Source of the DNA: Candidatus Thorarchaeota archaeon
GTDB lineage: Archaea; Asgardarchaeota; Thorarchaeia; Thorarchaeales; Thorarchaeaceae
Assembly: GCA_048882385.1 (NCBI GenBank)
Contig: JBHLRQ010000021.1
Location: forward strand, 1 to 39,150
DNA: 39,150 nt
Reading direction: 5' to 3'
Both the position numbers and the translations under genes were made by a program. Shown here one piece after another: positions 1-9,409 of this stretch. Position 1 is the stretch's first letter. Every line of letters begins with the position of its first letter. The notes beneath the pieces are model-generated. The model was not told where the DNA came from. It did no database searches and worked only from the letters and a program-made list of their open reading frames with translations.

Positions 1-789
1 TGTAATCAATATGGAATGGATACAATAAGCTGTGGAAGTACCATTGCTTTTGCCACTCATTTGTGTGATATCGGATTGGCTGATTATGGTTTCAATTGGA
101 ATGATCCAGATCAAGTCATCGAAACAATTCATTCAATCGCAAAAAGAGAGGGTATTGGTAATATTCTAGCTGAGGGGGCTGTTTCATTAGCAGGAAAACA
201 TGCTGCTGAAGATATTGTGCTTCATGTGAGAGGAATGGAGATTCCGAACCACGATCCTCGAGCATTCTCAGGAATGGCAACAATTTACGCAGTTGCTTCC
301 AGAGGTGCATCACACATGGAGGGTGACATGTATTCAGTTGACATGGGTCAAGAGTTTCGACAATTAGGCATTAATTCAGGTGATAGATTGGAGAATGACA
401 ATAAGGGTCACATCGCAGCCAGAGCCCAAGATTTCCGAGCTTTCTTTGATTCAGTGATAATGTGCCATTTTGCAATCGTGCCGCCTGAGAAAATTGTTGA
501 GTTGCTGAACTTGGCGATTGGCACATCATATAAGCTCGAGGACATTTTGAAAATAGGCGCAAGAGCTGTTACTATGAAGCGACTCTTCAATCTCAGATGC
601 GGACTCAAAACAGAAGATGAAAAGCTACCAAGACCACTTTTGACACCACATCCAGAAAGTGTTACCGATGATTTTGTTCCTGATGTTGACGTCCAACTGG
701 ATGAATACTATTCATATCGAAAGTGGGACAGAAAAACTGGTAGACCAACAGGTGAGGCTCTTGAGGAATTGGATTTGACGGGATTCTAA
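1..789 (+). CDS. aor: Aldehyde:ferredoxin oxidoreductase (AOR family), 5'-truncated by window edge
   Basis: Frame is open from base 1 (CNQYGMDTIS). AOR-type motifs GMDTIS, LAEG, HDPR, RGASH, DSxxxC and the C-terminal EYYxYRxWD..GRPT. Confidence 0.9.
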   Translation, partial: CNQYGMDTISCGSTIAFATHLCDIGLADYGFNWNDPDQVIETIHSIAKREGIGNILAEGAVSLAGKHAAEDIVLHVRGMEIPNHDPRAFSGMATIYAVASRGASHMEGDMYSVDMGQEFRQLGINSGDRLENDNKGHIAARAQDFRAFFDSVIMCHFAIVPPEKIVELLNLAIGTSYKLEDILKIGARAVTMKRLFNLRCGLKTEDEKLPRPLLTPHPESVTDDFVPDVDVQLDEYYSYRKWDRKTGRPTGEALEELDLTGF

Positions 790-838
790 ACAAGTTCCTC
801 ATCCGTTACCTTATTTCGATGGACATACGGCTCTAACA

Positions 839-1777
839 TTGGTGTTTACAATCCAGACAGTCGAAACCTTGTTCATTCATCTACTAACCATTTATGGATT
901 CATTGTGATAGGCTATTTGCTTGCTCGATTTTCCGGTAGGGGCCAGATTGTAAATAGGTATCTGAATTCCTTTCTCATCAATATTCTAGTACCGATGCTC
1001 GTATTCTACGTCCTTGTTACATCTTCTCCGTCCTCACTTGTTGAGGTTCCAGTCTATCTTGTGATGGCAATCACGATACACCTTCTTGGGACAATTCTGA
1101 TTTTTCTAAGATTAAAGCGTAGTGAAATGGATAATCAAACCAAGGGATCTTTCTATATCTGCTCTACTTTCAATAATGCCTTATTCATCCCACTTCCTCT
1201 TGTTCTGATGTTCCTCGGTCCTGCAGGAGTTCCTTTTGTGGTCCTTTTCTCATTAACTCAGATGATTCTCCTTGTGACATTGGGGTCTTTTATGGGTGCG
1301 ACTTTTAGTGAGAAGGCCGCTGGATGGAATAAGATAGTCCAAAATGCACTTCTTTTCCCTCCTTTTCTCGCAGCAATATTCGCATTGGTGTTTCTTGCTT
1401 CAGGAACAAGCCTTCCAGATCTAGTATCAATAGCTCTATCCTATAACTCATCAATCACTACATACTTAGCATTGCTGTCGGTAGGTTTCGGTATTGGAAT
1501 CAGGTTCTCGTTGGCTGATTTTCGTATTGCACTTAATGTCATAGCAGTGAGGCAGTTCATTATTCCCGTCCTCGTTTTTCCAATAATCCTTGTTTCCGGT
1601 TTATCTCAGATTCCTATGCAGGTTCTCTTTCTAGAGTCATTGATGCCCCCTGCAATATTGACTGTTGTATATGCTTCAGGATTTGATTTGGATGTTGAAA
1701 TTGCATCCACAATAGTGACTGTTGGTACACTTCTTCTATTGCCACTAATTCCATTTTTCCCTCTATTATTTAGCTAG
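839..1777 (+). CDS. AEC family (auxin efflux carrier/malate permease-like) transporter
   Basis: About 10 hydrophobic segments; FNNALFIPLP and ESLMPPA motifs typical of the two AEC repeats. Confidence 0.85.
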   Translation: MVFTIQTVETLFIHLLTIYGFIVIGYLLARFSGRGQIVNRYLNSFLINILVPMLVFYVLVTSSPSSLVEVPVYLVMAITIHLLGTILIFLRLKRSEMDNQTKGSFYICSTFNNALFIPLPLVLMFLGPAGVPFVVLFSLTQMILLVTLGSFMGATFSEKAAGWNKIVQNALLFPPFLAAIFALVFLASGTSLPDLVSIALSYNSSITTYLALLSVGFGIGIRFSLADFRIALNVIAVRQFIIPVLVFPIILVSGLSQIPMQVLFLESLMPPAILTVVYASGFDLDVEIASTIVTVGTLLLLPLIPFFPLLFS

Positions 1778-1832
1778 AGTGACTGCGTAAACTGAAGGCA
1801 TATATCGCAATCGAATACATAAACCGAAGAGC

Positions 1833-2162
1833 GTGAAAGCTTTGACAAAAGAATCAGAGAAGTCCAATGAACCAGGGAAAATCAAAGAATCACTGGATGA
1901 CATTGTTCATAAACTTGACCAAGATGCAAACGCAAGTGATAGTTGGGCAAAATCTGTTTCTTCGAACAAGGAAGAATGGGAGAATCTGAAGAAAAAAATC
2001 CATGAGCGTCAAAAAGCATTGAAGCAATTGGTTTCTGATAAAAGAGCTGGACTAATTGGTCAGGATGAGTTTGATAAGAAATACAAGAAACTTCAGGATG
2101 AACTCACAGAGTTGGAGTTCCATGTCTACAACATGCGACTTGGTACTAAGATAAGTCAGTAA
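1833..2162 (+). CDS. Small coiled-coil protein with SHOCT-like motif
   Basis: Charged heptad pattern; GLIGQDEFDKKYKKL resembles the SHOCT consensus GxIxxEEFxxKKxxL. Confidence 0.6.
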   Translation: MKALTKESEKSNEPGKIKESLDDIVHKLDQDANASDSWAKSVSSNKEEWENLKKKIHERQKALKQLVSDKRAGLIGQDEFDKKYKKLQDELTELEFHVYNMRLGTKISQ

Positions 2163-2169
2163 TGTCTAA

Positions 2170-3246
2170 TTATTCGGCTCTTGCACGAATTATAAGAAGT
2201 GTAGTTTCAATCACTACAAGTACTCCAAGAATACCGGAGAGAGCAATCAATCCAATGTTGACTGTATTGTTTGAGATATTTCCGGATCTTCCTTCCAGAC
2301 CAGATGTCAGCGCTCCAAGATTATAATTCATCATCCAGAAGTATTCAGATTCAGCGAAGAAAACAGTTTTCCACCAAATGAGGATGCCTCCGTAATCTAC
2401 CTGTAATTGGTACGCGAACTCTCCTCCTGCTTGAAACTGAGCAACATCGGAACCGATAATCAGGCTGATTGTACCATTTCTGATGGCGTTCTGGACATTG
2501 AGTAATTTGGCTCCTGAGAGAGTAATATCCTCAATTTGTAAGACCGCATCTGCCGTTATTCCGAACGCCTCAGCAACATAGGCTTCTGCAGGAAAAACAA
2601 CAACAGCATGCATTTCGGAGAAACCATGAATGTCATCTAGTGCATCAATGATGCTCTGTAAATCATCAATTGAATTTGAGAATGTATTGAAGTTCGAATT
2701 CCAATCATCGACCAATGTAGCATTGAGTCTTGTTAAGGCTGCTCTTGTGGCGTTGGCAATTGCTAAAGCATTACTTGGTAGCAACCAAAAGCCATGTGGA
2801 TTTCCATCGTGATCATGTTCGCTCTCTCCAGAATCCATTTCTTCTCCTGGCATCGGAGAAAGTGATGCACCATAGTCCTCATAGTTCTCCCATGCATTTT
2901 CATCGTGAAGAGCGATGAAAGGTGTTGCAGTTAGGTTGGCTAGTTCCTCCTCCCAATGAAAATGTCCAGTTAAGACAAGTAAATTAGCTGCATCTGCAGT
3001 TGCAATCACTTCAGGTGTGACTGTGAATGCATGAGGTTCTGTTTCCTGCTCAAGTAGAACTGAAGTGCTAATATGGGAACCTCCTACTTCTTTGACTATC
3101 CCTGCAAGCGAGGCGACTGAAACTGCCACATTGTGCATTGGTTGATCTTGCGCTTGTACATTTAGGACAACAGAGCTCATGAGGAGTGGTACCAATAGTA
3201 AACTGATTGGAATGATAGCACGATATCTTCGTTTCAATTCAGTCAC
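2170..3246 (-). CDS. Metal ABC transporter substrate-binding protein (ZnuA/TroA cluster A-I), C-terminally membrane anchored
   Basis: Signal peptide, EPHAFTVTP, ADAANLLVLTG, His/acidic loop, NPHGFWLLP, C-terminal TM helix; adjacent to ATPase and permease genes. Confidence 0.88.
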   Translation of the reverse strand: MTELKRRYRAIIPISLLLVPLLMSSVVLNVQAQDQPMHNVAVSVASLAGIVKEVGGSHISTSVLLEQETEPHAFTVTPEVIATADAANLLVLTGHFHWEEELANLTATPFIALHDENAWENYEDYGASLSPMPGEEMDSGESEHDHDGNPHGFWLLPSNALAIANATRAALTRLNATLVDDWNSNFNTFSNSIDDLQSIIDALDDIHGFSEMHAVVVFPAEAYVAEAFGITADAVLQIEDITLSGAKLLNVQNAIRNGTISLIIGSDVAQFQAGGEFAYQLQVDYGGILIWWKTVFFAESEYFWMMNYNLGALTSGLEGRSGNISNNTVNIGLIALSGILGVLVVIETTLLIIRARAE

Positions 3247-3282
3247 TTCAGAATGTCATCTAGCCAAATCCTTAATAATATT

Positions 3283-3299
3283 TTAGTAATAGTTACTAA
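3283..3299. promoter_or_regulatory. Candidate operator: inverted repeat TTAGTAA-tag-TTACTAA in the divergent promoter
   Basis: Perfect 7-3-7 inverted repeat between the divergent binding-protein and NikR-like genes, next to an AT-rich TATA-like stretch (3272-3280). Confidence 0.6.
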
Positions 3300-3317
3300 C
3301 TTGACAGAGTGCTGTAG

Positions 3318-3725
3318 GTGCCAAAAATGCCCATCGTAGCAATTTCCATGAGTGATTCTGACCTCGAGGAATTAGAGTTCTTGCAAAAGCAAGGTAAGTT
3401 CTCAAACAGGTCTGATGTTGTGCGTCATGCATTACAGACTTTACTAACTGAACACAAGACTATCGAGAATGTGAAGGGAACTGTGACAGCTGTTTTCACA
3501 GCATTATATGCAAAGAAAGGTCAAGGACAGGGTATCAGTACCGTACAGCATGAATACGGTGATGCGCTCACAGCGTTAATCCATGATCATACCTCCGAAG
3601 GGAATTGTGTTGAGGTGATGGTTGTGACCTCAAATGCAAACCAAGTCCGTGAATTCCTGAAGAAACTACGTGCACAGAAGAAGGTGCTCAAGGTTGACGT
3701 CAGTCTGTTTGGAGGTAGTGGTTGA
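3318..3725 (+). CDS. nikR: NikR-family ribbon-helix-helix metal-responsive regulator
   Basis: N-terminal RHH (IVAISM..NRSDVVRHAL); C-terminal domain keeps the NikR ligand pattern QH..HxH..C. Confidence 0.8.
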   Translation: MPKMPIVAISMSDSDLEELEFLQKQGKFSNRSDVVRHALQTLLTEHKTIENVKGTVTAVFTALYAKKGQGQGISTVQHEYGDALTALIHDHTSEGNCVEVMVVTSNANQVREFLKKLRAQKKVLKVDVSLFGGSG

Positions 3726-4531
3726 TGGATACTGCTCCACAATTATTGGAGGCAAACAATCTAGCAGTACGATATCCCAATGGTGAACTTGCTCTCCATG
3801 ATGTTTCATTTTGCATCAAATCACCAAGTTTCATGGCAATAATAGGCCCAAATGGATCTGGGAAATCAACGCTTGTCAAGACCTTTCTTGGACTAATCAA
3901 ACCCTTTCAAGGTAGTATCAAAGTCAAAGGATTTGATTCACAGAAGAAATCAGGGAAGATACGCAAGCTTGTTCGGTATGTACCACAGCGTGATCGTATA
4001 GAACTCAGCATACCAATGAAAGTGAAGGACATCGTTTTGATGGGGCGATTACTAAAGAAACTACCTCCTCGATTCGCATCATCCAAAGATATTGCGATTG
4101 CTAAGGATGCTCTCCAGCAAGTAAACATGGAGGAACTCTGGGAACGACCATTTCCTGAACTCTCAGGTGGGCAGAGGCAACGTGTTCTTGTTGCCAGGGC
4201 ACTAGCGAGTGAGGGCTCTATTCTTGTTCTTGACGAACCGCTAGCTGGAACAGATATAGAGAGTCAAGACCTGATAGTAGAAGCCTTGGGGAGGTATCAC
4301 AAGGAGAATGATGTTAGCATCATCATGGTAACACACGATCTCAATCCTATCCACACACTTGTTCAAGATGTTCTTCTTTTGAAGAACACTGTCATAGGAA
4401 TCGGTGAACCTTGCTCTGTTATGGATCCTCAACTCATTAAGCAAGTCTACGGTCCTACTGCAAGAATTGTTGAACATTCTGGGCATCGTTATTGTATGAC
4501 AAGAGATTCGGGAATTGACCGTCATGATTGA
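3722..4531 (+). CDS. Metal ABC transporter ATP-binding protein (ZnuC-like)
   Basis: Walker A GPNGSGKST, YVPQ, LSGGQRQR, LDEP, VTHDL. Confidence 0.93.
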   Translation: MMDTAPQLLEANNLAVRYPNGELALHDVSFCIKSPSFMAIIGPNGSGKSTLVKTFLGLIKPFQGSIKVKGFDSQKKSGKIRKLVRYVPQRDRIELSIPMKVKDIVLMGRLLKKLPPRFASSKDIAIAKDALQQVNMEELWERPFPELSGGQRQRVLVARALASEGSILVLDEPLAGTDIESQDLIVEALGRYHKENDVSIIMVTHDLNPIHTLVQDVLLLKNTVIGIGEPCSVMDPQLIKQVYGPTARIVEHSGHRYCMTRDSGIDRHD

Positions 4532-5462
4532 CATAATTCAAGTAATCCTCACAACCCCATTTCTCCAAAGAGCATTGATAGCAGCTTTCTTAGTTGCATT
4601 AGTAGCTGCAGCAAGTGGAACATTCCTTGTATTTCGTGGATTGTCATTCATGGCTTCAGGAGTGGCTCATGCTGCTCTTGGTGGAACAGCTCTTGGGATT
4701 TTCTTACAGGATTCTGGAATTGCTCCTTGGTTTGACCCAGTCTTAGGTGCACTGATGTTTGCTGTTCTTGTAGCTGTATTTACAGGGTATGCTGGTGAAT
4801 CTGGAATAACTCAAAAAATGGAGGTTGCAGTTGGGGTTTCATTTGCACTATCCATGAGCCTAGCAGTTTTTTTAATGTACTATATACCACCCTATAGGGT
4901 TCCTCAAATCTGGGGTTATCTAATTGGAGATATTCTATTGCTTAATGACATTGATGTAATAATGTTAGCAAGCACTGCAATTCTCCTTGGTATCATCACT
5001 CTAATGTTTAACAAAGAGTTTGTCTATGTCAGTGTCGATATGGAGGGTTCAATCGCTCACGGTATGAATGCACGTATCTATCATTATCTGATGCTTGTTA
5101 TTTCAGCTCTGGCAATCGCGCTTGCCACAAAAGCAGTTGGAGCTATACTTGTCTATGCAATTATGGTCGCTCCTGCAGCAGCTTCAAATGAACTTGTTAA
5201 ATCTGTCAGAGGAGTGATTTTTTCCGTGTTCATTATCGCGCTATTTGCTGAACTAGTGGGCATTGCTTCATCATTTGTATTGTATGTATCACCAAGTGCA
5301 ATAGCCGGTATTCTTGCGGCTTTATCCTACATCATCGCTTTGCAAATCAAGCGTTTAAGAGAGAAGGTCCGAATTAATTCTGACATAGACCGAAAGGATT
5401 CTGAAGACACAATTGCGAAGACAATGACTGAAACAATCGAATATCATGGACATGAACATTAA
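4524..5462 (+). CDS. Metal ABC transporter permease (ZnuB/ABC-3 family)
   Basis: FLQRAL, GVAHAALGG, YLIGDIL, KAVGAILV and PAAA motifs. Start could be 4515 or 4524. Confidence 0.92.
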   Translation: MIDIIQVILTTPFLQRALIAAFLVALVAAASGTFLVFRGLSFMASGVAHAALGGTALGIFLQDSGIAPWFDPVLGALMFAVLVAVFTGYAGESGITQKMEVAVGVSFALSMSLAVFLMYYIPPYRVPQIWGYLIGDILLLNDIDVIMLASTAILLGIITLMFNKEFVYVSVDMEGSIAHGMNARIYHYLMLVISALAIALATKAVGAILVYAIMVAPAAASNELVKSVRGVIFSVFIIALFAELVGIASSFVLYVSPSAIAGILAALSYIIALQIKRLREKVRINSDIDRKDSEDTIAKTMTETIEYHGHEH

Positions 5463-5540
5463 CTGTCAATGATGGAACATTGTTGATTCTGTCGGTATGT
5501 TTAAGTGTAAAACCTAGGCTTCTCGGGTCCCAAGGTCGGT

Positions 5541-5948
5541 GTGAAGACTGTGAGTGAAGAAATCCCAGAAAGACGAGATATTATCCGTTCCTCAGCAATT
5601 ACAATAATTCTCACTGTTCTATTTTTGATTCTAGGGCTAGCTCTTTGGGCTTGGTCTTCACCAGATGTTATCGATTCAAGTCCAGTAGGTTTATTGAACG
5701 AAATCAACCCCGCTATTACAGTATTGATTGAAGTGTTGGTGATGTTTGGCTTCTTCATGTTCCTGTCAATAACTACGATCAATCTACGACTGATGTTGAC
5801 TCAGATTCGAGCTGGTTGGCTTGACGTCATTTTACTCCTAATACTCTTAGTCATAATGGCCTCAACGATGTTCGGACTGTTTGTTGGCGCAGCCTCAGTG
5901 ATACTCTCTCTCGGATTTGTCGTTTATCTGTACTTGCTTCAAGATTAG
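5541..5948 (+). CDS. Hypothetical integral membrane protein (about 4 TM)
   Basis: Four hydrophobic segments; fills the gap between permease and psmA. Confidence 0.7.
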   Translation: MKTVSEEIPERRDIIRSSAITIILTVLFLILGLALWAWSSPDVIDSSPVGLLNEINPAITVLIEVLVMFGFFMFLSITTINLRLMLTQIRAGWLDVILLLILLVIMASTMFGLFVGAASVILSLGFVVYLYLLQD

Positions 5949-6164
5949 GTGTCAGATGACAACAGCACAATCTGATGGATTTCATTCAAAGGATGCACCA
6001 GAAGCTTTATGAGTGTAGGTCTGAGCTTTCGACTCAGAGCCTTAAGGCAGGAATGTCTAGGCTGGCAATAACGGAGTCCTCATGACTCTTCGGAATTGTT
6101 GGATTGTATCTATGGTAATGTTCCGACTTCCGATTTGCTCTCGAGGCTCTTGGAGGAAGATACT

Positions 6165-6893
6165 GTGTTTGGGATCTCTGGCTCTGGCTATGATATGAGT
6201 ACAAGCATATTTAGTCCCGATGGTAGAATATTCGCTGCTGAATATGCAAAAAAGGCAGTTGAGTTAGGTGAAACATCAATAGGTGTTCTTGTAGAAGATG
6301 GAGTGATTCTTCTAGCAAAAAAGAAGATCAGACCCCTTCAAGAACCAGAAAGTGTGGAAAAAATCTCCAAGGTTGATGACCACGTTGGTGTTGCTACATC
6401 TGGTCTTACAGCCGACGCTCGAAAATTAATTGCTGAAGCTAGAATCAAAGCACAATCGTATTGGTTGACATATGAGGAGCCGGTTCCTGCAGAAGCACTA
6501 GCTGAGCATATCTGCGACCTAAAAGCCCAGTTCACACAAGGCGGAGGTGCTAGACCATATGGAGTTGCCATGATATTTGGCTCAATTGATCATGATGGTT
6601 CACCAAAATTGTTTGTGACTGACCCTGTTGGAACATACTGGGGCTTCTTGGTGGCAGTTCTTGGAAGAGGTGCAGCTCGTGCTGGAGAATATCTCGAGAA
6701 GAACTACTCCAAAAAGATGAGTTTGGATGATGCAATATCTCTTGCAATAAACGCACTACGCGAGTCTGATGAGAAGGATTTGAACAATGTGAATGTTGAG
6801 GTTGCCAAAGTTCCGAAAGCAACTAGAACCTTTGCGAAATTAACACCAGATGATATTGAAAACTTCCTAAATCCTGCCAGACCTAAAAAATAA
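6165..6893 (+). CDS. psmA: Proteasome subunit alpha
   Basis: GYD..TSIFSPDGRI..EYA, GLTADAR, RPYGVA. Start moved to GTG 6165 (MFGISGSGYD), which follows GGAGGA at 6152-6157. Confidence 0.96.
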   Translation: MFGISGSGYDMSTSIFSPDGRIFAAEYAKKAVELGETSIGVLVEDGVILLAKKKIRPLQEPESVEKISKVDDHVGVATSGLTADARKLIAEARIKAQSYWLTYEEPVPAEALAEHICDLKAQFTQGGGARPYGVAMIFGSIDHDGSPKLFVTDPVGTYWGFLVAVLGRGAARAGEYLEKNYSKKMSLDDAISLAINALRESDEKDLNNVNVEVAKVPKATRTFAKLTPDDIENFLNPARPKK

Positions 6894-6910
6894 TGAGAGT
6901 TGACTGAGCG

Positions 6911-7645
6911 ATGATGGGCGGAGGAGGATCCGGCAAGAAATCCGGAGAGAAGTGGCTAGAACTTGATGCGGTGGTCATTGGGATTCAAAAGGGTCATCTT
7001 CGGTTTGAATTATTCGTTGATCCGAATCTTGCATTTGAATACAGAAGAGGAGAAGCTATTCCTCTAGAGGACATCTTGAAGTCATACGAAATCTATGAAG
7101 ATGCCAAAAGAGGTGAACGAGCAACGGATAGTCTCGTAAAAGATGCTTTTGGATCCGATGAAGTTTTCGATATCGCTCCAGAAATCATCAAACAGGGTGA
7201 GTTCAGATTAACCCATGAACAGAGAGAACAGCTTGTAGATGAGAAGACTGAAACAATAATCAGTGACCTAGCTAAGCGGGCGATGAACCCACAAACTGGA
7301 CATCCTCATCCACCAGATAGAATTCGTCAAGCAATGGAAGAGGCCAAAGTCCGTGTTGACCCCTTCATAACTGTGGATGAACAAATACCTACAGTTGTAA
7401 AAGCACTTAGAGTGATTATTCCAATTTCATTCGAAAGCGTAAAATTGCAGATTACTTTGCCAGCCTCTTTCTCTGGCAAAGGATACAATTTGGTTGCTAA
7501 AGCGGGCGTAATCAAATCGGAGTCATGGGGACAAGATGGTTCATGGACTGGAGTCGTTGAGATTCCTGCCCAGAAAAGACAAGAGCTCTATGATGAACTC
7601 AATAAGCTGACGAAGGGACAAATCCGAATAGAGGTCATCAGATAA
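6911..7645 (+). CDS. sbds: Ribosome maturation factor SBDS/Sdo1
   Basis: RFELFVDP, DAKRGERA, NPQTGHPHPPDRI; canonical position after psmA. Confidence 0.95.
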   Translation: MMGGGGSGKKSGEKWLELDAVVIGIQKGHLRFELFVDPNLAFEYRRGEAIPLEDILKSYEIYEDAKRGERATDSLVKDAFGSDEVFDIAPEIIKQGEFRLTHEQREQLVDEKTETIISDLAKRAMNPQTGHPHPPDRIRQAMEEAKVRVDPFITVDEQIPTVVKALRVIIPISFESVKLQITLPASFSGKGYNLVAKAGVIKSESWGQDGSWTGVVEIPAQKRQELYDELNKLTKGQIRIEVIR

Positions 7646-7697
7646 TCAGAATCAATAGTAATGATAGAAAATTAGAATCATAATGAGGGAAAAGTAA

Positions 7698-8606
7698 TTG
7701 GCAGTATATTTTCAGAAACGTGAAGTAGTTGTCCCCGGACAGTTGCTTGCTGAAGGTAGGTATAGAGCCTCCTTTGGTACATATGATGAAGATGGCAAAA
7801 TCTTCTCTTCTCTTGTGGGTTTGGCCGAACTTAGAGGAAACACAGTCAAGGTTGTTGCTCTAGAGGGTGCCTATATACCAAAGGAAGGAGATCTTGTAAT
7901 CGGAAAAATCACTCTTGTGGCTGGCAACAACTGGAAGGTAGACATTGGTGGTCCATATGGTGCATCTCTTCATGCGAATAATGCGTTGAGACGTCCCTAC
8001 TCTGACGACATTTCAGAGTACATGGATATTGGTGATGTAATCTCAACGGAAATCATTGCGTTCGACAGGAATAGTGGTCCCTTCCTTGGAATGAAAGGAA
8101 GAGGTCTGAGAGTTCTCAATGAAGGAATGGTCCTAGATGTGAGTCCTGCAAAGATTCCACGAATCATTGGTAGAAGAGGGTCCATGATTAACATGATTAA
8201 TGACCACTTGAGGATCCAAACTATTGTCGGTCAGAATGGCCGAATATGGATACGAGCTCCGAATACGGAGATTCTTCGCCTTGCTATCAAGGCATTCAGG
8301 ACCATTGAAGCCCAAGCACATACATCCAAACTTACAGACCGGATAAGTACGATGCTTGTGGAAGAATTGGGAAAAATCAAGGGTTCTAGTGGAATTTCAG
8401 ATGAAGAAGTTGAGGATGCGGATGAAACAATAGACGCAGAGATTGAACTCGAACCTGAGCCAGAACCTGAACCAGAATCAGAACCGGATTCAGAACCAGA
8501 ATCAGAACCTGAAACCTTACCTGAGGTGGAAAACACTGCAAGTGAGGTAGAGGTTGAACCAGAAGAAGAAATAGAAGAACCAAATGAGGAAGTGAGTGAA
8601 GAATGA
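7698..8606 (+). CDS. rrp4: Exosome RNA-binding subunit Rrp4 with long acidic C-terminal tail
   Basis: VVVPGQLL, YIPKEGDLVIG (S1), PRIIGRRGSMI and GQNGRIW (KH), EAQAHTSKLTDRI; then about 70 aa of E/D/P-rich tail. Confidence 0.95.
   Translation: MAVYFQKREVVVPGQLLAEGRYRASFGTYDEDGKIFSSLVGLAELRGNTVKVVALEGAYIPKEGDLVIGKITLVAGNNWKVDIGGPYGASLHANNALRRPYSDDISEYMDIGDVISTEIIAFDRNSGPFLGMKGRGLRVLNEGMVLDVSPAKIPRIIGRRGSMINMINDHLRIQTIVGQNGRIWIRAPNTEILRLAIKAFRTIEAQAHTSKLTDRISTMLVEELGKIKGSSGISDEEVEDADETIDAEIELEPEPEPEPESEPDSEPESEPETLPEVENTASEVEVEPEEEIEEPNEEVSEE
8451..8513 (+). repeat. Imperfect 6/12-bp coding tandem repeat (GAACCW/GAATCA) encoding EPEPEPESEPDSEPESEPE
   Basis: Directly visible: gaacctgagccagaacctgaaccagaatcagaaccggattcagaaccagaatcagaacctgaa. 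Confidence 0.85.
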
Positions 8607-9409
8607 GTCCTGAAGAAAAGCCCGATTTTCTAATTAGTGCTGAGGGCTTAAGAGTTGATGGTCGCCGACTTGATGAAATGCGACCTATTGAGCTAAAGGT
8701 TGGTGTACTCAAACAGGCTGATGGCTCAGCGTCAATACGCCAAGGAAAGACCTACATCTTGGCTGCTGTTTATGGTCCACGTGAGTTACACCCCAGACAC
8801 CTAACACTGAATGATCGAGCCTATCTCAGGGTAACATATAGAATGGCTACATTCTCTGTTCCTGATAGAAAGAGACCTGCTCCATCTAGAAGGGAGAAGG
8901 AGATATCAATGGTTATTGCAAATGCTCTAAAACCCCAACTCTTTCTTGAAGAATTCCCGAAAGCTGTAGTTGATGTTTTCATCACTGTGATTCAAGCAGA
9001 TGGTGGAACACGATGTGCAGCGATTAATGCGGCGTCGCTTGCACTCGCAGATGCTGGAATCCCGATGAGAGGTCTAGTCCCTGCAGTTGCAGTAGGAAAA
9101 GCTGATGGCAAACTACTCGTTGATCTTGGAGATGAGGAGGACAAGTATGGTCAAGGCGATGTTCCAATGGCAATCCTTCCTCAGACTGGAGAGATAACAC
9201 TTCTCCAACAAGACGGGTCTTTCACAAAGGAGGAGCTCGTGGAAGCAATGCAAATGGGTATCAACTCGTGCAAGTATCTACACGAACTTCAGAAAGAAGC
9301 GCTAAAACGCGCTTATGTCAAGAAGTCCGATGATGACGATGACGATGATGACTATGATGACGACCTAGAAACAGATCTAGGTGAAGCTGAACTGATGGAG
9401 GATGAATAG
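8603..9409 (+). CDS. rrp41: Exosome phosphorolytic subunit Rrp41 with poly-Asp tail
   Basis: RVDGRRLDEMRP, VYGPRELHPRH, YRMATFS, QADGGTR, catalytic DxxxxED..D region intact. Confidence 0.96.
   Translation: MSPEEKPDFLISAEGLRVDGRRLDEMRPIELKVGVLKQADGSASIRQGKTYILAAVYGPRELHPRHLTLNDRAYLRVTYRMATFSVPDRKRPAPSRREKEISMVIANALKPQLFLEEFPKAVVDVFITVIQADGGTRCAAINAASLALADAGIPMRGLVPAVAVGKADGKLLVDLGDEEDKYGQGDVPMAILPQTGEITLLQQDGSFTKEELVEAMQMGINSCKYLHELQKEALKRAYVKKSDDDDDDDDYDDDLETDLGEAELMEDE
9329..9364 (+). repeat. (GAY)n trinucleotide run encoding poly-Asp
   Basis: gatgatgacgatgacgatgatgactatgatgacgac. Confidence 0.85.

Noticed and set aside
8451-8513. Short repeats considered as CRISPR or mobile-element repeats
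   Set aside because: They are in-frame codon repeats of the Rrp4 tail with no spacers. No CRISPR array or cas gene was seen in the window.
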